From Phoronis australis (taxonomy: Eukaryota > Animalia > Phoronida): a DNA stretch of 64,000 bases. The position numbers and the translations under genes were made by a program. The stretch spans positions 62,001 through 126,000 of the forward strand of contig NMRA01000305.1 of assembly GCA_002633005.1 (NCBI GenBank), written 5' to 3'. The notes beneath the pieces were generated by a model. That model was given only the letters and a program-made list of their open reading frames with translations. It did no database searches and was not told where the DNA came from. This document shows positions 35,001 through 48,359 of this stretch, piece after piece. How positions within the stretch are numbered: position 1 is the stretch's first letter; every line of letters starts with the position of its first letter.

Positions 35001-38000
35001 AGTTTGGCAATTATTTTGTCCGAAATAGGCGATACTTTTCTGTAACAATATAATTTATTTTGACCTTGTTTCAAGAAATCTCTTAAAAGGAAAATTAAGA
35101 CAAAAATTGACATTTGACCTAAATTTATTCTGTTGCAAAGTACACTGTTAAAGTTAGCGACACCTTATGATTATGTAAGACCTTACAAAAATGTGCAAAT
35201 TTGAACATCACATCTCAGCAATGACTGTCGCAATTCTTATGAAACTTTTAGATACTCTGTCTAATGCAATGCTCTCAAGGTTTTGTTTTTATAATGTTTC
35301 CACTTTTGTATGAACGGCCGCCAAAAAGTTTTACTTTGCAATTTTTGCTTAAGAATAAACGAGAGCAATGCAGGGCATTGAAATACTCCAACAAATGCAC
35401 CGCAAGTGATGTGCTTTCAGGGCTGATTATTTGTATCATAAAAATGGCCACTAGATGGTGCAAAATACTTTGAATTCATTTAAAAACGGGAAAATGTCAC
35501 CATTTCCCAAACAGAAAGCTATTTACCATATATCAAGAAAATCAAGGAACTTCTAATCAGAGGAACAGAGGAAAACGGAAAAAAATGAAATTGCCAATAG
35601 GGGGTACAGCGTTCGTCAGATCCATCTGAAACTCGTTGTCTTCCGTTTTCAACTTCATATAAATAGACTTGCTAAATATAATGAATATCCTGCAGAGGGC
35701 TTAGGAGATACAGTAGTCGAAGTCATCGGAAAATCATTGCCAACGATTATCTTCATAGTAAGAACATATATGCCAATTTTCACAATCATCCTTAGAGTGG
35801 TTTGGTTGATAGAGGAGTGGATGCCAAAAAACAGACTCAAAAATAGTAAAAATAACCACTAGATGGCGCAAAATGAATCAAATTTATTCGAAAACGAAAG
35901 GATAGCATCATCTCATTAATACATGCCCATGTGCCAAATTTCATGAAAATCGATTGAGGATCTTTGAAGACAAAGAGGCAAACGTAAAAAACTCAATCTG
36001 CCACTAATGGGCACAGCGGTATTTGGGTCAGTCCAAAACTCATCGTCCTCTGTCGTCAACCCCATAGCAAAAAACCTGCCAAATTTCAATAACATCCTGC
36101 AAGGGGTTTAGGAGTTACGGCCGTGGCTGTCGAACGCCCAGACAGAGATAACGGCAATATGTGCCCACATATTTATATGTGGGCATATAAATATGTGGGC
36201 GCATAAAAATTGCATAAAATGGAAACGAAATTATAAGAAAACCGAAACACCATTTTCGCAATTTCATCTTGAACAGCTACATGAAAAAAGTTTTAGAGTG
36301 AAAGCGGGTACAACCATTTCAATTTTCAAAAAAAAAAACAAGTCAAATTTTACTTATAAACGACCCAAAGCCTATGACAAGGTTTCTGAATAGTGTCACC
36401 TACCTTCCATCAACCGTTCACTATTTCTTTGAAATGAACTTCTTGGTGTGACCGATGAAGTTTTTTGAGGTGGTTTGGTCACAGACTCAATCTGAATGCA
36501 AAACAAAAGTGATACAGAAGTATTACACCATAGACAATCTAAGGGCTGTTCCAGCAAAATCTGTGTGGGAGGGGGGGGGGAAGGCAACTGAAATAAAAAT
36601 TTATGGGTGGTTGCGTTTGATTTAAATTCAAAATGGCTGGTGGTCGTACTTCAAAAAAATTAAAATTTACATGTCATTGTTGTTTCATTGGGCCATAAAT
36701 GTTTGATGGTGGGTAATTTTAGTACGGAATCAAAAACTGAAACAAAAATGCAACTTGCAAAAAGCTCCGATTTTTTCATTCCCTCCGATCTCCTAATTGG
36801 CATGCCCATAACATCAGTTAACCACAGGTGCTCGAATTTCTCGATGGCTAATAACCATATATAAGAAACATTTGTTTTTTTAGTAATGAATGACGTTAGT
36901 GGTGATGGAGGAACAGATAAACTCAAGCGCCTGTGCAGTCAACCACAAGAACAAAAAAAAAATTACGGGTGGTTGCATTTCAAACTTATAAAAAATTACG
37001 GGTGGTAGGCTGAAGAAATAAATGAAAAATATGGGTGGTGGGTGCAAAAAAGGTGCCTTCCCCCCCTCCCATACAGATTTTACTGGAACAGCCCTAAAAA
37101 GAAATCCATTCAAGTGTGAGTTTACAAAGAAAACACTAACAGCTTATTTTATTCTTACTAAAATGACATAGGCAAGAATTACATTTTCGAACTTCAAAAG
37201 TGGGGCCCCTGTAGGACTGCCAAAAACTGGGGGCCGGCCTCTAATTTTAATGTAGGGGTCCTACTCGTCAGTTGCCTTTAGTTTGGACCCCTATATAAAT
37301 ACTGACGGGTCCCAATTCTGAGGCTCGAACATGAATTTTTGCTTATGTCACTAAGAGTAAGTTATTAGTGAAGAAATCTCACCAAAGTTACCCAAAAATC
37401 ATCGTGATACTCAAGTAAAAAATGCAAGTGTTGGAAAATTGATTTCCATGCTTTTAAATTTTTTCTTTCAATTTTTCATGAAAGCGAGCGAGGGGAAGTG
37501 ATCAACCTTGGAAAAAATCAGAAAAATGGACGCAAAATTGTAAGCTAATGAAGAAAAGATTTTCTAATCTCTGAAATTATGTCAACAGACAAAAATATTA
37601 GGAATCAAGTACTTTTCAAGGTGGATGTTAAATTCTAATACAATTCAAGGTCACATTTTGCATAATAATTCTGTGTTAAAACTTCGTAAACTGCAGGAAT
37701 GACATTTCACAGATAAATCCTGTGTTTATACCTTCGTTGTTTTGGCGGGATTCTGAAACTTCAAGCACTGAACTGAGCTCTTATGTGCCGCAAACGTGCG
37801 CACCGGTGATGCCCCCTGCCTGAGATCATAGATATATACATTGCCGCGAGTTGAACCAACAGCCAGCGTACAGCCATCATGTAGAATGTCAATGGATACC
37901 AGGGGCTGGTCAGCCATCATTGTTTTCACAGCTCTGTAAATCAAAGCGATAGAAGAAACCTTCAAATTGTTCCTCATGCATAAAGATGAATTAATTTTTC

Positions 38001-41000
38001 TATACATTTGAGATAAAAATTTTGTAAAATTTAATCCAATGTTTCACTTCCAAATTCAAGAATGCAGAGTGGAGACAAAGGCAGCAGATAAATACTCCAA
38101 ACAGAGAGTACGTGCCATACTTTTTGTCCAAAATTTACAAATAATTTTCACTTTGCGCAACCCTCAAAGTGGAATTTGCACGCTAGTTCCTTAATTCCTT
38201 ATCTATATGATTGCTTGGTCAAATTAGTTGGAAACACATATAGCGACCACGTGACTATAAAGTAGGTTGAAAATTTTCAAATGTTTATAAAAACGAGTTT
38301 CGTAGCGAAAATGATCCGCTGCAAATCATTGAACTGTGTCCAGTAAGTATCGTGACGTGGTGTCTGGGAATAACACTGCATGATGCGGGCTATGTGAACC
38401 CTCGAGGTGCGTCAGTGTAAAGGTCACCTATTTACTGAATCTTTTGTTTTCACATTTACAAGTTGTCAATGAATATGACTGGACTTTGTTTCGCATAGAT
38501 TATGTTAAAATAGCATTGTCATTTAGTTCCTGCGATACATTAGCATAGTTAGGAGCATGCAAATGCATATCACCTTTAAACACCATATGGTTATCTTAAA
38601 TCACGACCATTTTATTTTTTTCTATGTAAGCACCCAAAGGAACTATAAAAAGTTAGCAATTCATAAACAGTTTGCATTTCCTAAATTTTACAGACATGCT
38701 TTTCATGGGTCCATATTTTCTTGTAGTCCATACACCTCCACTACGATTTGAGAAACCATTAAATTCGTCAAAAATTCGCACAGCAGTCCAAATCAAGGAA
38801 TACAACAACTTAATACAAACATCTGTACGAATTAATAGAAGAATTACTGTAACCTAAATGAAGTACACGGGTGGAAAGCGAATGCCATCGTCAACTTACG
38901 TTTTGCCCTGTACGTCGTAATACACCACTCTCTTATCGAGCCCCACACTAGTGAGGAGCATCTCGTTGATGGGAGAGAACGCCAGCCCGGTGCAGGGTGC
39001 GCGGTGCGTGTTTGTGAAAGAGTGCACTAGTCGGCGCGTGTTGGCATCCCACAAATTTACCGCACCATCGTCAGATGCAGAGCCTAGCAATGACTTCTTG
39101 AACAAGCTGTACTGAAGCTGTCTTACGGCCTACAAAATGCGACGTGGGATTGACATGAACTGAGCCTGAGACAATTCTCTACTGTCCTAGTAACAATCAA
39201 GAGGCTGAAGTGACTGAAGGTGGCGCTTTATTCAACTACGTTCTCCTAGTGACAATCAAGAGGCTGTTCAGTGATTTAACTTAAGGTGGCGCTTCATGCA
39301 ACCTGGTCTGTGGCAACAATCAGGAAGCTATTCGGTGACTGAAGGTAGCGCTTTATGCAACCCAATCTGCTGCAACACTACAGTCTCCGAGCAACAATCA
39401 AGAGGCTATTCCGCTACTAAAGGCGGTGATGTGGATACACGACTTTTCAGTTTTATGCAGTGTGCCAAAACTCAAATTAAGATCGCGAAAGGGGTGATTG
39501 TCATTGAGTTGACATGTCTATTCATTCAAAAACTACAGTAGATTCCTTTTGACAATTTTTGAAAAAAATGATGAAAAAGAAGTGAGTTGACATTTTTATT
39601 TTTCAGTAAAACTTGAGGCAAATGTTTCCAAATGATTTAGATGCAGACTGAACTAATTAATTCCAATTTTGAGTAACCAGACTACAACGTTGTTCAGTTA
39701 GCTTTAGCAGCGAGGTGAGCTATTATGATAAACTTTACATCTAAATGCTAATTTCACAAGCAATCAATAGAGTATGTCCATTCAGTGACGTCACCAACAC
39801 AGTAGCACTAGGCAGTATGCACTGTATACTCTGCTGATGATGTCATACACACAATGTGATGACATCATACCCTCTATACCGATGATGTCATCAACACAGT
39901 TGCAGTAGGCAGTACACAATGTATATTCAATGTGGTGATGCCATACACACATAACGATGATGTCATACCCACTGTGCAAGTGACATCAACATAGATATAA
40001 TAGGAAATAATTTTGTTGATATGCCCACAGTTTGATGACATACTTACTAACCTATTTCATGTCATCAACACAGTTACAATGCACAGCAGACACTGTATAC
40101 TCTGTCGATGATGTCATACTCACATTATGAAGATGGCATACCCATTGAGCCTGTGGTGTCTTCAGGCAATCTACACAACCAAATATTTCGTTCATAACTG
40201 AATATTCAAATTTGGAGAGCTCTATATCAAACTAAGGACAATGTGATTGTACATCAGAACATGGAAATGATGCATCAACAGGCACTTTAAGACACAGGGG
40301 GTGATGTACCTGACTCTTGGGAGCCACCAGAGGGCTTGACCCTTGACCTGTGACCACGTTGTACACGATAATCTCGCCCCGCTCCGAGCTTGAAGCGATG
40401 TACGCATCATTCCAATTGAACTGGACTGAAGTTATCGCCGCTTTGTGGTCCTGAAAAAGGTGGTAATGTTAGACATTTAGCAAAACAAAATAATTCCTGA
40501 ATTACCAAATTACAAGGACTGTAGTGCTGATAGAAAACTGATCTTTCTTAGTCTCTGTCACCCATTTGGTGAAGTGGCTCAAGAACTTAGACAGATATTT
40601 GGTCTCACGCTCCCATTTCAGAATTGGTGAATACAGGATTAGCCAAGTAAGAATAAGCACATGAAAGTCCAAATTTGGAGTTTTCATTAAACAGGCCCCT
40701 GATGGAGGTAAGGTAAACTAATTCACTTACTCAGCGACAGCGTGTTTGCTGTTTCAGATGTTTCAAGCTACACTATACGGTCCTTCGTCAATGACTGACG
40801 GATTGTCGGTGTTTTCCGCCGCTCCAAATAGAAGGAAGTTGAGGACCCTGTTTCATAAATTGAGACTGAGGACATCAACTCGCTCTTATATACAAGGTTA
40901 CACTACTTCTGGGTCACAGATCAACGGGACACACAGACAACCTCGTCAGTCATTGATAAAGGACTGCAGAATGCAGTTCGTAACATCCAAACAGCAAGCA

Positions 41001-44000
41001 TGCAATCTCTGAGTACGTGAACTTCTTTACACAACAAGTGCTCTTCACAACAGGAGACTGATAAGTGCAGTCTTCGGGCCAAGACACATAGTTACCTGAC
41101 ATATCCCGACTTACAAAAACCATGAACTCTTTCTTCCTCTTTTGCTTAAACGCCACGAGCTGAACAGATTAGGATAAACTTCTTGCCACAATTATTTGGT
41201 GGCTTAGTAAAACTTTTGTTGCAATGAAATATGATCAATTTTGTTAAATTTGAGTCAGAATTTAATCTGACATTACTGCGACTAGCACGTCTAATTGTTT
41301 ATTGGTGAATTAATGGAACAGCAATGTCAGTTGCAACGAATTTGATAAAAGTGAGTGGAGCAACACTAGTCGAGATTTTGTCGAGATTTATTTGGAATTG
41401 AAACAGGTTCTAGCCGAAAAGAAATACGTATTTTGTCGAGGTTTTGTATGCCAAAACATCAATGAATTTTAATGTTGCCAACTTAATTTGAAAACTACTG
41501 TATGGAACATCAGAAAGGCTTTTATCTATTGGCTGCAACTGATATCAAGTGGCTCAATTTTGAAAGAAATGTCAACCATGCCCACGTTTAGGAATTCATG
41601 AAACTCCTTTTTCCTTACACCCCAGAATGGATGTTTGGAGAGTAAATTACTTTCTGTTACGGTATGGAAAGTTTCGAGAGATAACTTGGGTAACTTGGGC
41701 TGCGTTTTGTAGACCCAAGATAGTCGCGAGAATACCTTGTTTTCTTATCACGTAACCCAGGAAGATTTCATTAAATGATTTCCGTGAAACGATCATGGTA
41801 TACCTCCAACCACGCTACGATTGAAATGGTAAAATCCATAGAGCATCTGATCAACTCTAGGGTAAAAATAAATGTTACCTGGCAAACACAGGATCCAATG
41901 GCAAGAACTTGACATTTCAAGCATGAACGTACAATTTCCAGTCGTGACTTGCAATCACTAAACCTATGCATAAAACCCTGGTTGATCTTTCTTAACCTCG
42001 CACAAACTAGATATTCCACGTCAGATACCATGTCATGGTTCCCTACCAACCAGTGTGAATGTATAGTATTCAACAACTTAAATACCTTATACGTTTTAAC
42101 TAGTTTCTGTTTCTTGAGATCAAACACGCTGATGGTTGTATCAGGACCTCCAGTGAGCAAGTAGCGAGAGTTGGTGTTCAGGGCCACACACGTCCTTCCC
42201 TCCTGCAACAGAGAATGTATGGTGATGACAATAACAATAACGATAGCATACAGGTAGCTAAACAGTCCAAGCTTCTCGGCTTCTCAGGGAGTATACAGGG
42301 ACCTTCTAGCTCAACAGTCCAAACTTAATTTATCTCGACTCTTCAAGGTGTATTTAGGGAGATACAACCTCATCAGTCCAAGCGCAATTTATCTTGCCAT
42401 CACTGGGACTATTCAAGGAGCTTTCGGCTCACCAGTACAAGCTTAATTCAGCTCAACTGATCAAGGTGTTTTAAGGGACCTACTAGCTCAACTATCCAAG
42501 CTTAATTCACCTTGGCTCATCAGGGTGTAACTATTCAAGGAGCTACAAACTCATAAGTCTGAGCTGAGTTTATCCTTAACCTGAGACCTGAGGTCACCAA
42601 CAAAGAAATGCCTGCCCGCATCAATTTCATCAAAGGCGTTGTGTTTTTTGAAAAGTTGAACAAAGGCAAGCCAATGTCAGAACACCATATCTGGTAAGAT
42701 TCATATGAAACTTTCAAATACAATTGCGCTTTCAAACACTACGTTTCAAATGCTACGTTTCCAAAGCTACGTTTCAACACTACCTCTCAGTCGCTACCTC
42801 TCAGTCGCTACCTCTCAGTCGCTACCTCTCAAACGCTACGTTTCAAACTCTACGTTTCAAACTCTACGTTTCAAACGCTACCTTCCAAACGCTACCCTCC
42901 AAACTCTACCTTCCAAACGCTACCTTCCAAACGCTACGTTTCAAACACTACGTTTCAAACGCTACGTTTCAAACGCTACGTTTCAAACGCTACCTTTCAA
43001 ACACTACCTTTCAAACACTACGTTTCTTACACTGTTTTTCTCCAAAATTCCGTAAAGTTATTGTTTCATTGTTATTTCATGCAACATTAATATCATAAAA
43101 TTCCATTCTCGATAAAAACTTGGAAACCTGTCCAAGTTTTTAGACCCCATAAGGAACATTTACATCAAGTGAAACTTGATCACGTTACTAAATTACAGTA
43201 AATTTCCTTGTTTTTGATTGCAATTTGATTGAATCTTTCTTTTTTTTGTTTAATTCTACTAAATCTAAAGTATAGTTATGTGACCCAGTGAATGACAAAC
43301 TGGGATAATGGTCAAATATAACTTGCCAGAATTTTGAGAATCAGTTTCGTCCACTGAATAACGGGCATCAAACTGGCTCTATTGCCACAAACTGGTATAA
43401 ATTCAGCCATTGCAATCAAATTCTACAGGCGTTCTAATTTAAAAGATATGTACTTTTGCTGTGTTAAATTTTGCAGATATCTGGCTGGTTGCACACATCT
43501 GTCGACAAGGTCCAACATACTCTTAACAGTGGGAACATTATTTTCCATTTACTGACAGCCTCTTGTTTTCTTTTGACTTACATTTAGAGCGACCTCTGAG
43601 GAACTGTAAGTTGAAGTTTTCGTGTAGGTTAGCACCACTTTGTCACCTGCTGTCGAAGCACTAGCAAGGAAACCATCTGATCACAATGTAAGGAGAAAAA
43701 GCAAATATCCTACAATATGGCAAACAGTCAGGGAAGTTCTAGATACTGTTCTAAACTTTCTGAGCTGTTCGAAGTTATGTTTACCGTTTACTCCAGTTAC
43801 TTACTTCCTGTCAAACATGCTTATCCAAGTTGAACAGACAGCAGTGTTCTCCACATCTGAAAATCTAAACAGGTCGCACGCGTAAAAACTGCAACGTGCC
43901 GGAACCGCACGGCGGTCAATGTTCTCCATAAGCTATTGCGCAGTTTTTTGTGCACCTTATATTTAACCACTCATTTTAATAGTAATGCACAGTAGTGCAA

Positions 44001-46825
44001 ACAAATAACTGTGTGTATTCAACTTTTTATTTTTTAAAGTTGGACTTATTTACAAACATATCACATATGTCATAACCCATTTGCTTAGTCAATGACTTTG
44101 AAATGGAAGTCTACAGAGTGTTTGATACAGTATGGGGAAATGTTTTAGGCTACTCAATAATGATGTCAATGTCAACTAAGTACAAAAAGTCTAACACAGA
44201 AGTAAATTTTTCCTATGACGTAGACAGTCCAAGTGAAGTGTCTTTGTTAAGTCAGTCACATTTTTATGTCTTGATAGCAGAGTTTACGTTTTCTCTCAGT
44301 CTGTACGTGTAATATCTTGCACATTCTTACAGTCTGAATTCGATGTTCTGAAGCTGGTACAACATACTGCACTTCTGCACTACCAGAACTCTTGTAAAAA
44401 CTGCACAATACGCGAGTCCCCCTTGAATGCAAATTAGGTAGGGTAAACAAAACAATTCACTTGCATTTTCCATCTAGGCCTACCTGGACGGGAGTGTCTG
44501 GCCTGTTGATGACAACCAATATTTCTAAAAAGATATCAACTGAATTATCAAATGCTTGCAACTATGGAATTCGCATAATTTTCTGTATTGTCACAAACTC
44601 ATTCTTCCAGACCAAAATCATCTATTCTCATGTTAGAGCGAATTGTATTCATTTGTATTGCCGATGTCTGACGTTGTCGGCAAAAATTCGGTTCACCGTT
44701 TGTGACACGGATATCTTCGATTCGTTGACCGAGCCAGGCAATATCACTACCATCTGGCCCTGGATTATGTGTCGTATCTGCATCTGAGTCAACGTCAGTA
44801 TCTGAAACATCTCTCGGCTTTTTAAAATAATCCTTAGGTTTAGCGGTGCTTCGCTTTCGCGCGGCAGACGACATTTCTAAGTATGTAGAATGCGCATGTC
44901 AATTGGTAACGGAAGCCAGGATAGAATTCACTAACGTAAGAACCACGCTAGGTAAACAAAACTCTGCGAGATTACGCGAGATATTACCGCTTGATTTCAA
45001 TGAGAGCATGTGATTTTGGCTGCAATTTCTCAGCGCGAAACACATATATTTTGAACTTTACTCAGTGACGTCACCCGCTGTCCCAAATCTCGGAATACTC
45101 CCCCGAAACCGCAAACGTCACAACCACTGTCGAAGTTGAGTTTGCGAACGGCTCGGCAGATTTTTAGAGGGAGTATGCGCCACAAACATAATGTTCATGC
45201 TGCCAACGAAACTCCTTATAAGGCAACGAGATGAACTCGGTCAATCTCAATGGGCCGGTGGCACAAAAAGTAACCAATAATATTCATCTAAGTGAGAAAT
45301 ACACAAACAACAACCAATGAGAACCATCAAAGGCAGTTTCATGCAAATGTTTTTGAGACTGGTATCGGTAAAGTCTGTCGTGGGGCCCACGGAATATTGA
45401 AAAATGTGCTACGAAAACCAAAATTCTGGCCTCCCAGAAGACGGCCGTTGCATAAACGGCTGCGCAACGGTGTCTTTGCTGACAACATACACTTCGCAGA
45501 ACTAACCACCGAGCCTTAATTATTTTATTTTCAATGGGTAATATGATTAGTTCTCCGCCGAACACAAAAAGGTGACTGCAAAAGCGAAAAGGCCTAACGC
45601 AACGATCAGCGACTTTCGTGCCGGACTGCACCTCCAGTGAGCAGGTAGTGGATTAGGCGTATAGGTAGCACTGGGCCTTTGTTTAAATTGACTAGTTGTT
45701 CCGGGATGAATTGAAAAGATAATCGAGAGATTATTTACACGCCGCGTTACATCATAAATAGACTTGCGGCCCGGTCTGCCGCTTGAGTGAGTCCGTTGAT
45801 TAGGCTGTCCACAACGATCCACCGACTTTCTTAGGCTTAGCCTTTATTCAGTTTCAATGGGCTATGGCCAGTTGCTGTCAAGCGTAATTTGAACCAGTGA
45901 AGAACTTATTAACGACGACGACGTCTTTTTTACAAAGTAGAACCTATATTTTTAAACTGGTCGCGGGATTTTTAAACAGGACGCTGGATTTTTAAACAGG
46001 ACGCGGGACATTTAAACAGGACGCGCGCTCGGCCAAACAGGACGCTGTGACACGTTAAAAGTGGTCGTGGAGAACACTGGACAGCCTTCTTATTCAATCA
46101 TTCCTGAATGAATCTCACATCCAAACTACTGGCAAATCTATATTGCCGCAGTATCACTCGGCTGCAGATCGTGACAAGAACGGATCTTTGTGAATTTTTC
46201 GCCAATAGATTTTGTTAGGATTACCTCGTCAGTATTCTACATGGCAAAAAATTCAAATTCAACTGGAATTACAAAAATTACATGACCGAAAGTCCAAGTA
46301 TACACTGAGGGGAGATTGTGAGCTAAGTCTTGGAATAAATTCACTGAACTTGCACAAAAAATTCCAAAATCTCCTGATTTGCTTAAGAAATGACTTATCT
46401 CCAATAATTCACACTCGTTGCATCAATTTTCAAACTCGACGAAAGTAAGCAAACTCGTCACGACGAAATTGAAACGCGACGCCCTGAAGAGCCAAAACAG
46501 TTGTGGAGAACACTGCCCGTAGGTACCGATGGCTTAGTTATACCATATTTCAACATCCTAATAACTGTTGAAATGATGTGCGACTAGGTCTTTAAATAGC
46601 TACAAGACAAAAGCCAAACGAGCAGTTAGTTCCATGTCTTTTTAACTCTTCAACAAGTCCAACCACAAACACTACTAATCGCATCTATGAAAAGATACTA
46701 TCAGAGCTCCAGTCGATGGATGAGATGGCGCCACTGTGAGGGTTAAACTGTTTCAGACTAGTATAACCAGCACAGTCCCATATTTTGATGTCGTTTCCAG
46801 CCGTGGCAAGCTTGATGTCAGTCAT
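32063..46825 (-). CDS. NEDD1: NEDD1 / GCP-WD, gamma-tubulin ring complex targeting WD40 protein (~542 aa); exons 46699-46825, 43582-43676, 42086-42202, 40310-40450, 38900-39129, 37732-37933, 36404-36491, 34302-34565, 33609-33868, 32063-32167
   Basis: All introns GT-AG with compatible phases (1629 nt in total). N-terminus MTDIKLATAGNDIKIWD...FNPH...WSSDNGFLASASTAGDKVV; WD40 repeats (LLGSASDDGAVNLWD, FSPINEMLLTSVGLDKRVVYYD, LAVGSTRGNVYIYDLR); C-terminal FVKNMIEDAMDEVRDQMRRDILNLHVDMIKQF and YSVNEQLVAEVERLRFENEQLKKNY match the NEDD1 gamma-tubulin-binding helix. Linker exons are less certain. Confidence 0.93.
32263..32440. repeat. Degenerate tandem repeat x3 in the last NEDD1 intron
   Basis: GAGTGGA(T/C)GGC...GCCCA(G/A)G(A/C)(T/G)GAGGT..TGGT units. 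Confidence 0.65.
34678..34775. repeat. ~100-bp hairpin interspersed repeat, copy B
   Basis: GTCGGATATAAC.TGCCC..ATTTTGAGAACCAG-loop-CTGGTTCTCAAAAT..GGGCA.GTTATATCCGAC. Confidence 0.8.
34930..36210. mobile_element. Probable non-autonomous repeat (Helentron/HINE-like) with internal repeats and a terminal hairpin
   Basis: Recurrent GCCAAATTTCA.GAAAATC and CCACTAGATGG blocks; ends in hairpin ATATGTGCCCACATATTTATATGTGGGCATAT. Left boundary and family assignment uncertain. Confidence 0.4.
36543..37094. mobile_element. PIF/Harbinger-type MITE
   Basis: TIR GGGCTGTTCCAG(C/T)AAAATCTGT(G/A)TGGGAGGGGGG at both ends; 3-bp TAA duplication (36540-36542, 37095-37097). Confidence 0.85.
37163..37350. mobile_element. 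Palindromic MITE
   Basis: TGACATAGGCAAGAATTACATTTTCGAACTTCAAAAGTGGGGCCC versus the reverse complement of the right end, TGACATAAGCAAAAATTCATGTTCGAGCCTCAGAATTGGGACCC. Confidence 0.7.
38167..38575 (+). mobile_element. ~400-bp interspersed repeat (possibly a Kolobok-type MITE); second copy ~62770-63150
   Basis: Colinear blocks TGATTGCTTGGTCAAATTAGTT, CCAGTAAGTATCGTGACGTGGTGT, ATAGCATTGTCATTTAGTTC; ends lie next to TTAA-like sites with an imperfect TIR. Confidence 0.65.
39165..39430. repeat. Degenerate tandem repeat (ACAATCAAGAGGCT...GAAGGTGGCGCTT) x~4
   Basis: Seen directly, in a NEDD1 intron. Confidence 0.65.
39815..40145. repeat. Degenerate tandem repeat (ACTGTATACTC...GATGATGTCAT)
   Basis: Repeated GATGATGTCAT / CATCAACACAGTT blocks. 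Confidence 0.6.
42258..42575. repeat. Degenerate tandem repeat (AGTCCAAGCTTAATT core) x~6
   Basis: Seen directly. Confidence 0.6.
42730..43025. repeat. 14-bp minisatellite (TTTCAAACGCTACG) x~21
   Basis: 14-nt period with local variants (CTCTCAGTCGCTAC, TTCCAAACGCTACC). Confidence 0.92.
43842..46079. mobile_element. 2.2-kb non-autonomous hAT-like DNA transposon with 5-bp TSD (hAT5-like)
   Basis: 13-bp TIR CAGTGTTCTCCAC / GTGGAGAACACTG; GACAG on both flanks (43837-43841, 46080-46084); subterminal AAACAGG(A/T)CGC repeats at both ends; internal decayed ORFs. Confidence 0.8.
46230..46515. mobile_element. Older MITE of the same TIR family
   Basis: CAGTATTCTACAT ... GTGGAGAACACTG; flanks CTCGT / CCCGT (4/5 match). 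Confidence 0.6.
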
Positions 46826-47715
46826 CTTGGAAGTCTGTTACCATTAACTGAAAAAGATTGTAAATAACAATCTTACTTTCATATAAATTGTTCCTCGTCG
46901 AAACCATCCAAGTAATTTTTCATACTATATTGATACAAAAAACAGTTTTGTCGTCGACTTCAAAACATGAGGCTTGTGACATGTGCCTTTTGTTTTCAAT
47001 TATCATAAAATGATGACAACTTCATTGAAGCAGAAAAAGAGGACTGGTCTTTTTGGCAATTACTGACAACATTCAGTGTTGGCGATTTTCCAATCTGGAA
47101 ACTACCATTTCAAACAAGATGATGGCCATTCAAACGTGTAACAGTTGATGCTAAATAGGTGTCTGTCAAATGTTAAAGCAATTTTCACCAAGTAACGGCA
47201 ATGTCGGTTATTCAGTGAAAACTGGTTCCTAAGAAGCCAGTTCACCTTTTCACTCGACTTTTACCCACATAGCATTTTATTTAAGGTGCTCGAAGTTGAC
47301 ACATTGCCTCACAAATAGTTATTGTGACGCCAATCAAAGGATAGGCAGCAGCCATGATTGAATGCCTGGGTAGTTAGCTTTCGATGAACATGTCAAACAC
47401 TGCCACACAGTGGCAAGATTGAGAACCTCACGTGACTTCTTCCAGAACTGATGTTGCCATGGCTCTTTCTATGTATTATAAGAAATTTGCAAGAAAATGA
47501 CTTCAACTGGACTACACTAGATTATGAGAGGCGAGCTCTGAAAAGATAGAAAACTGCTAACTGTGGACAAGGTCAACTCTCAATCTGCTTACCTATCTGG
47601 TAAGCTGTAAACAAAATTTATGAGAACGAGTCATTTGCTTATTAGACGGAGATCACCGTCTCTAGCTGACCAGTAAAGACGGTGACAACCGTCTCTGGCT
47701 GGCCAGTAGAGATGT

Positions 47716-48350
47716 TGTAGCTCCTACGCCGGAAGCTTTTTGGCAAATTATTCATCACACTGACTAAAACATCAACGTCACGTTGTTATAAATACCTTTT
47801 GTGCATGGAAGGACACCTTAGGAGGCCATCGATGTCTTTAATTCCTTCCAACTCCAGCAAATACTCCCATAATCAAACTTTTTCTTCAAGCAGTCCCTTG
47901 TTCACTTCCCAAAATTGGAAACTGGCCATTTTTAACATAAGGGACAGATCCAGGACTTTGAGTTAGGGGGGCCAGGGCAGAGTATTAGCCAGGATTTTGT
48001 CCAAATCGAATATGGAGAATTTTAGGGGGGTCATGGCCACCCCTTAAATCCACCGCTGAACACTGCTCGCAGTAGGTGGTATGACATCATATCCCCAGGC
48101 GAGCAGTGTAAAAATGACCAGTTACCCATTTTGGGAACTGAACGTGGGACTGCTAGAAGAAAAAGTTTGATAACAGGGGTATTTGACTTGTTGGAGTTGG
48201 AAGCAATTAAAGACATCGACGGCCTCTGGCTAGCCTAAGGTGTCCCTCGGCCTCTATGCAAAAAAGGTATTTAGAACAACATGACTTTGATGTTTTAGTC
48301 AGTGTAAGGCATATTTTGCTGAAAAGCTTCTGGCGTATGAAGCCGCTATA
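47716..48350. mobile_element. Long inverted repeat / MITE with ~225-bp arms; third arm copy ~49340-49510
   Basis: 47716-47937 is the diverged reverse complement of 48107-48350 (ACACTGACTAAAACATCAA, ATCGATGTCTTTAATT, TCAAACTTTTTCTTC). Confidence 0.75.
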
Positions 48351-48359
48351 GGAGGTCCA

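Noticed and set aside
42705-43098. Two overlapping repetitive ORFs (NATFQTLRFKRY...)
   Set aside because: Translation of a 14-bp minisatellite inside a NEDD1 intron.
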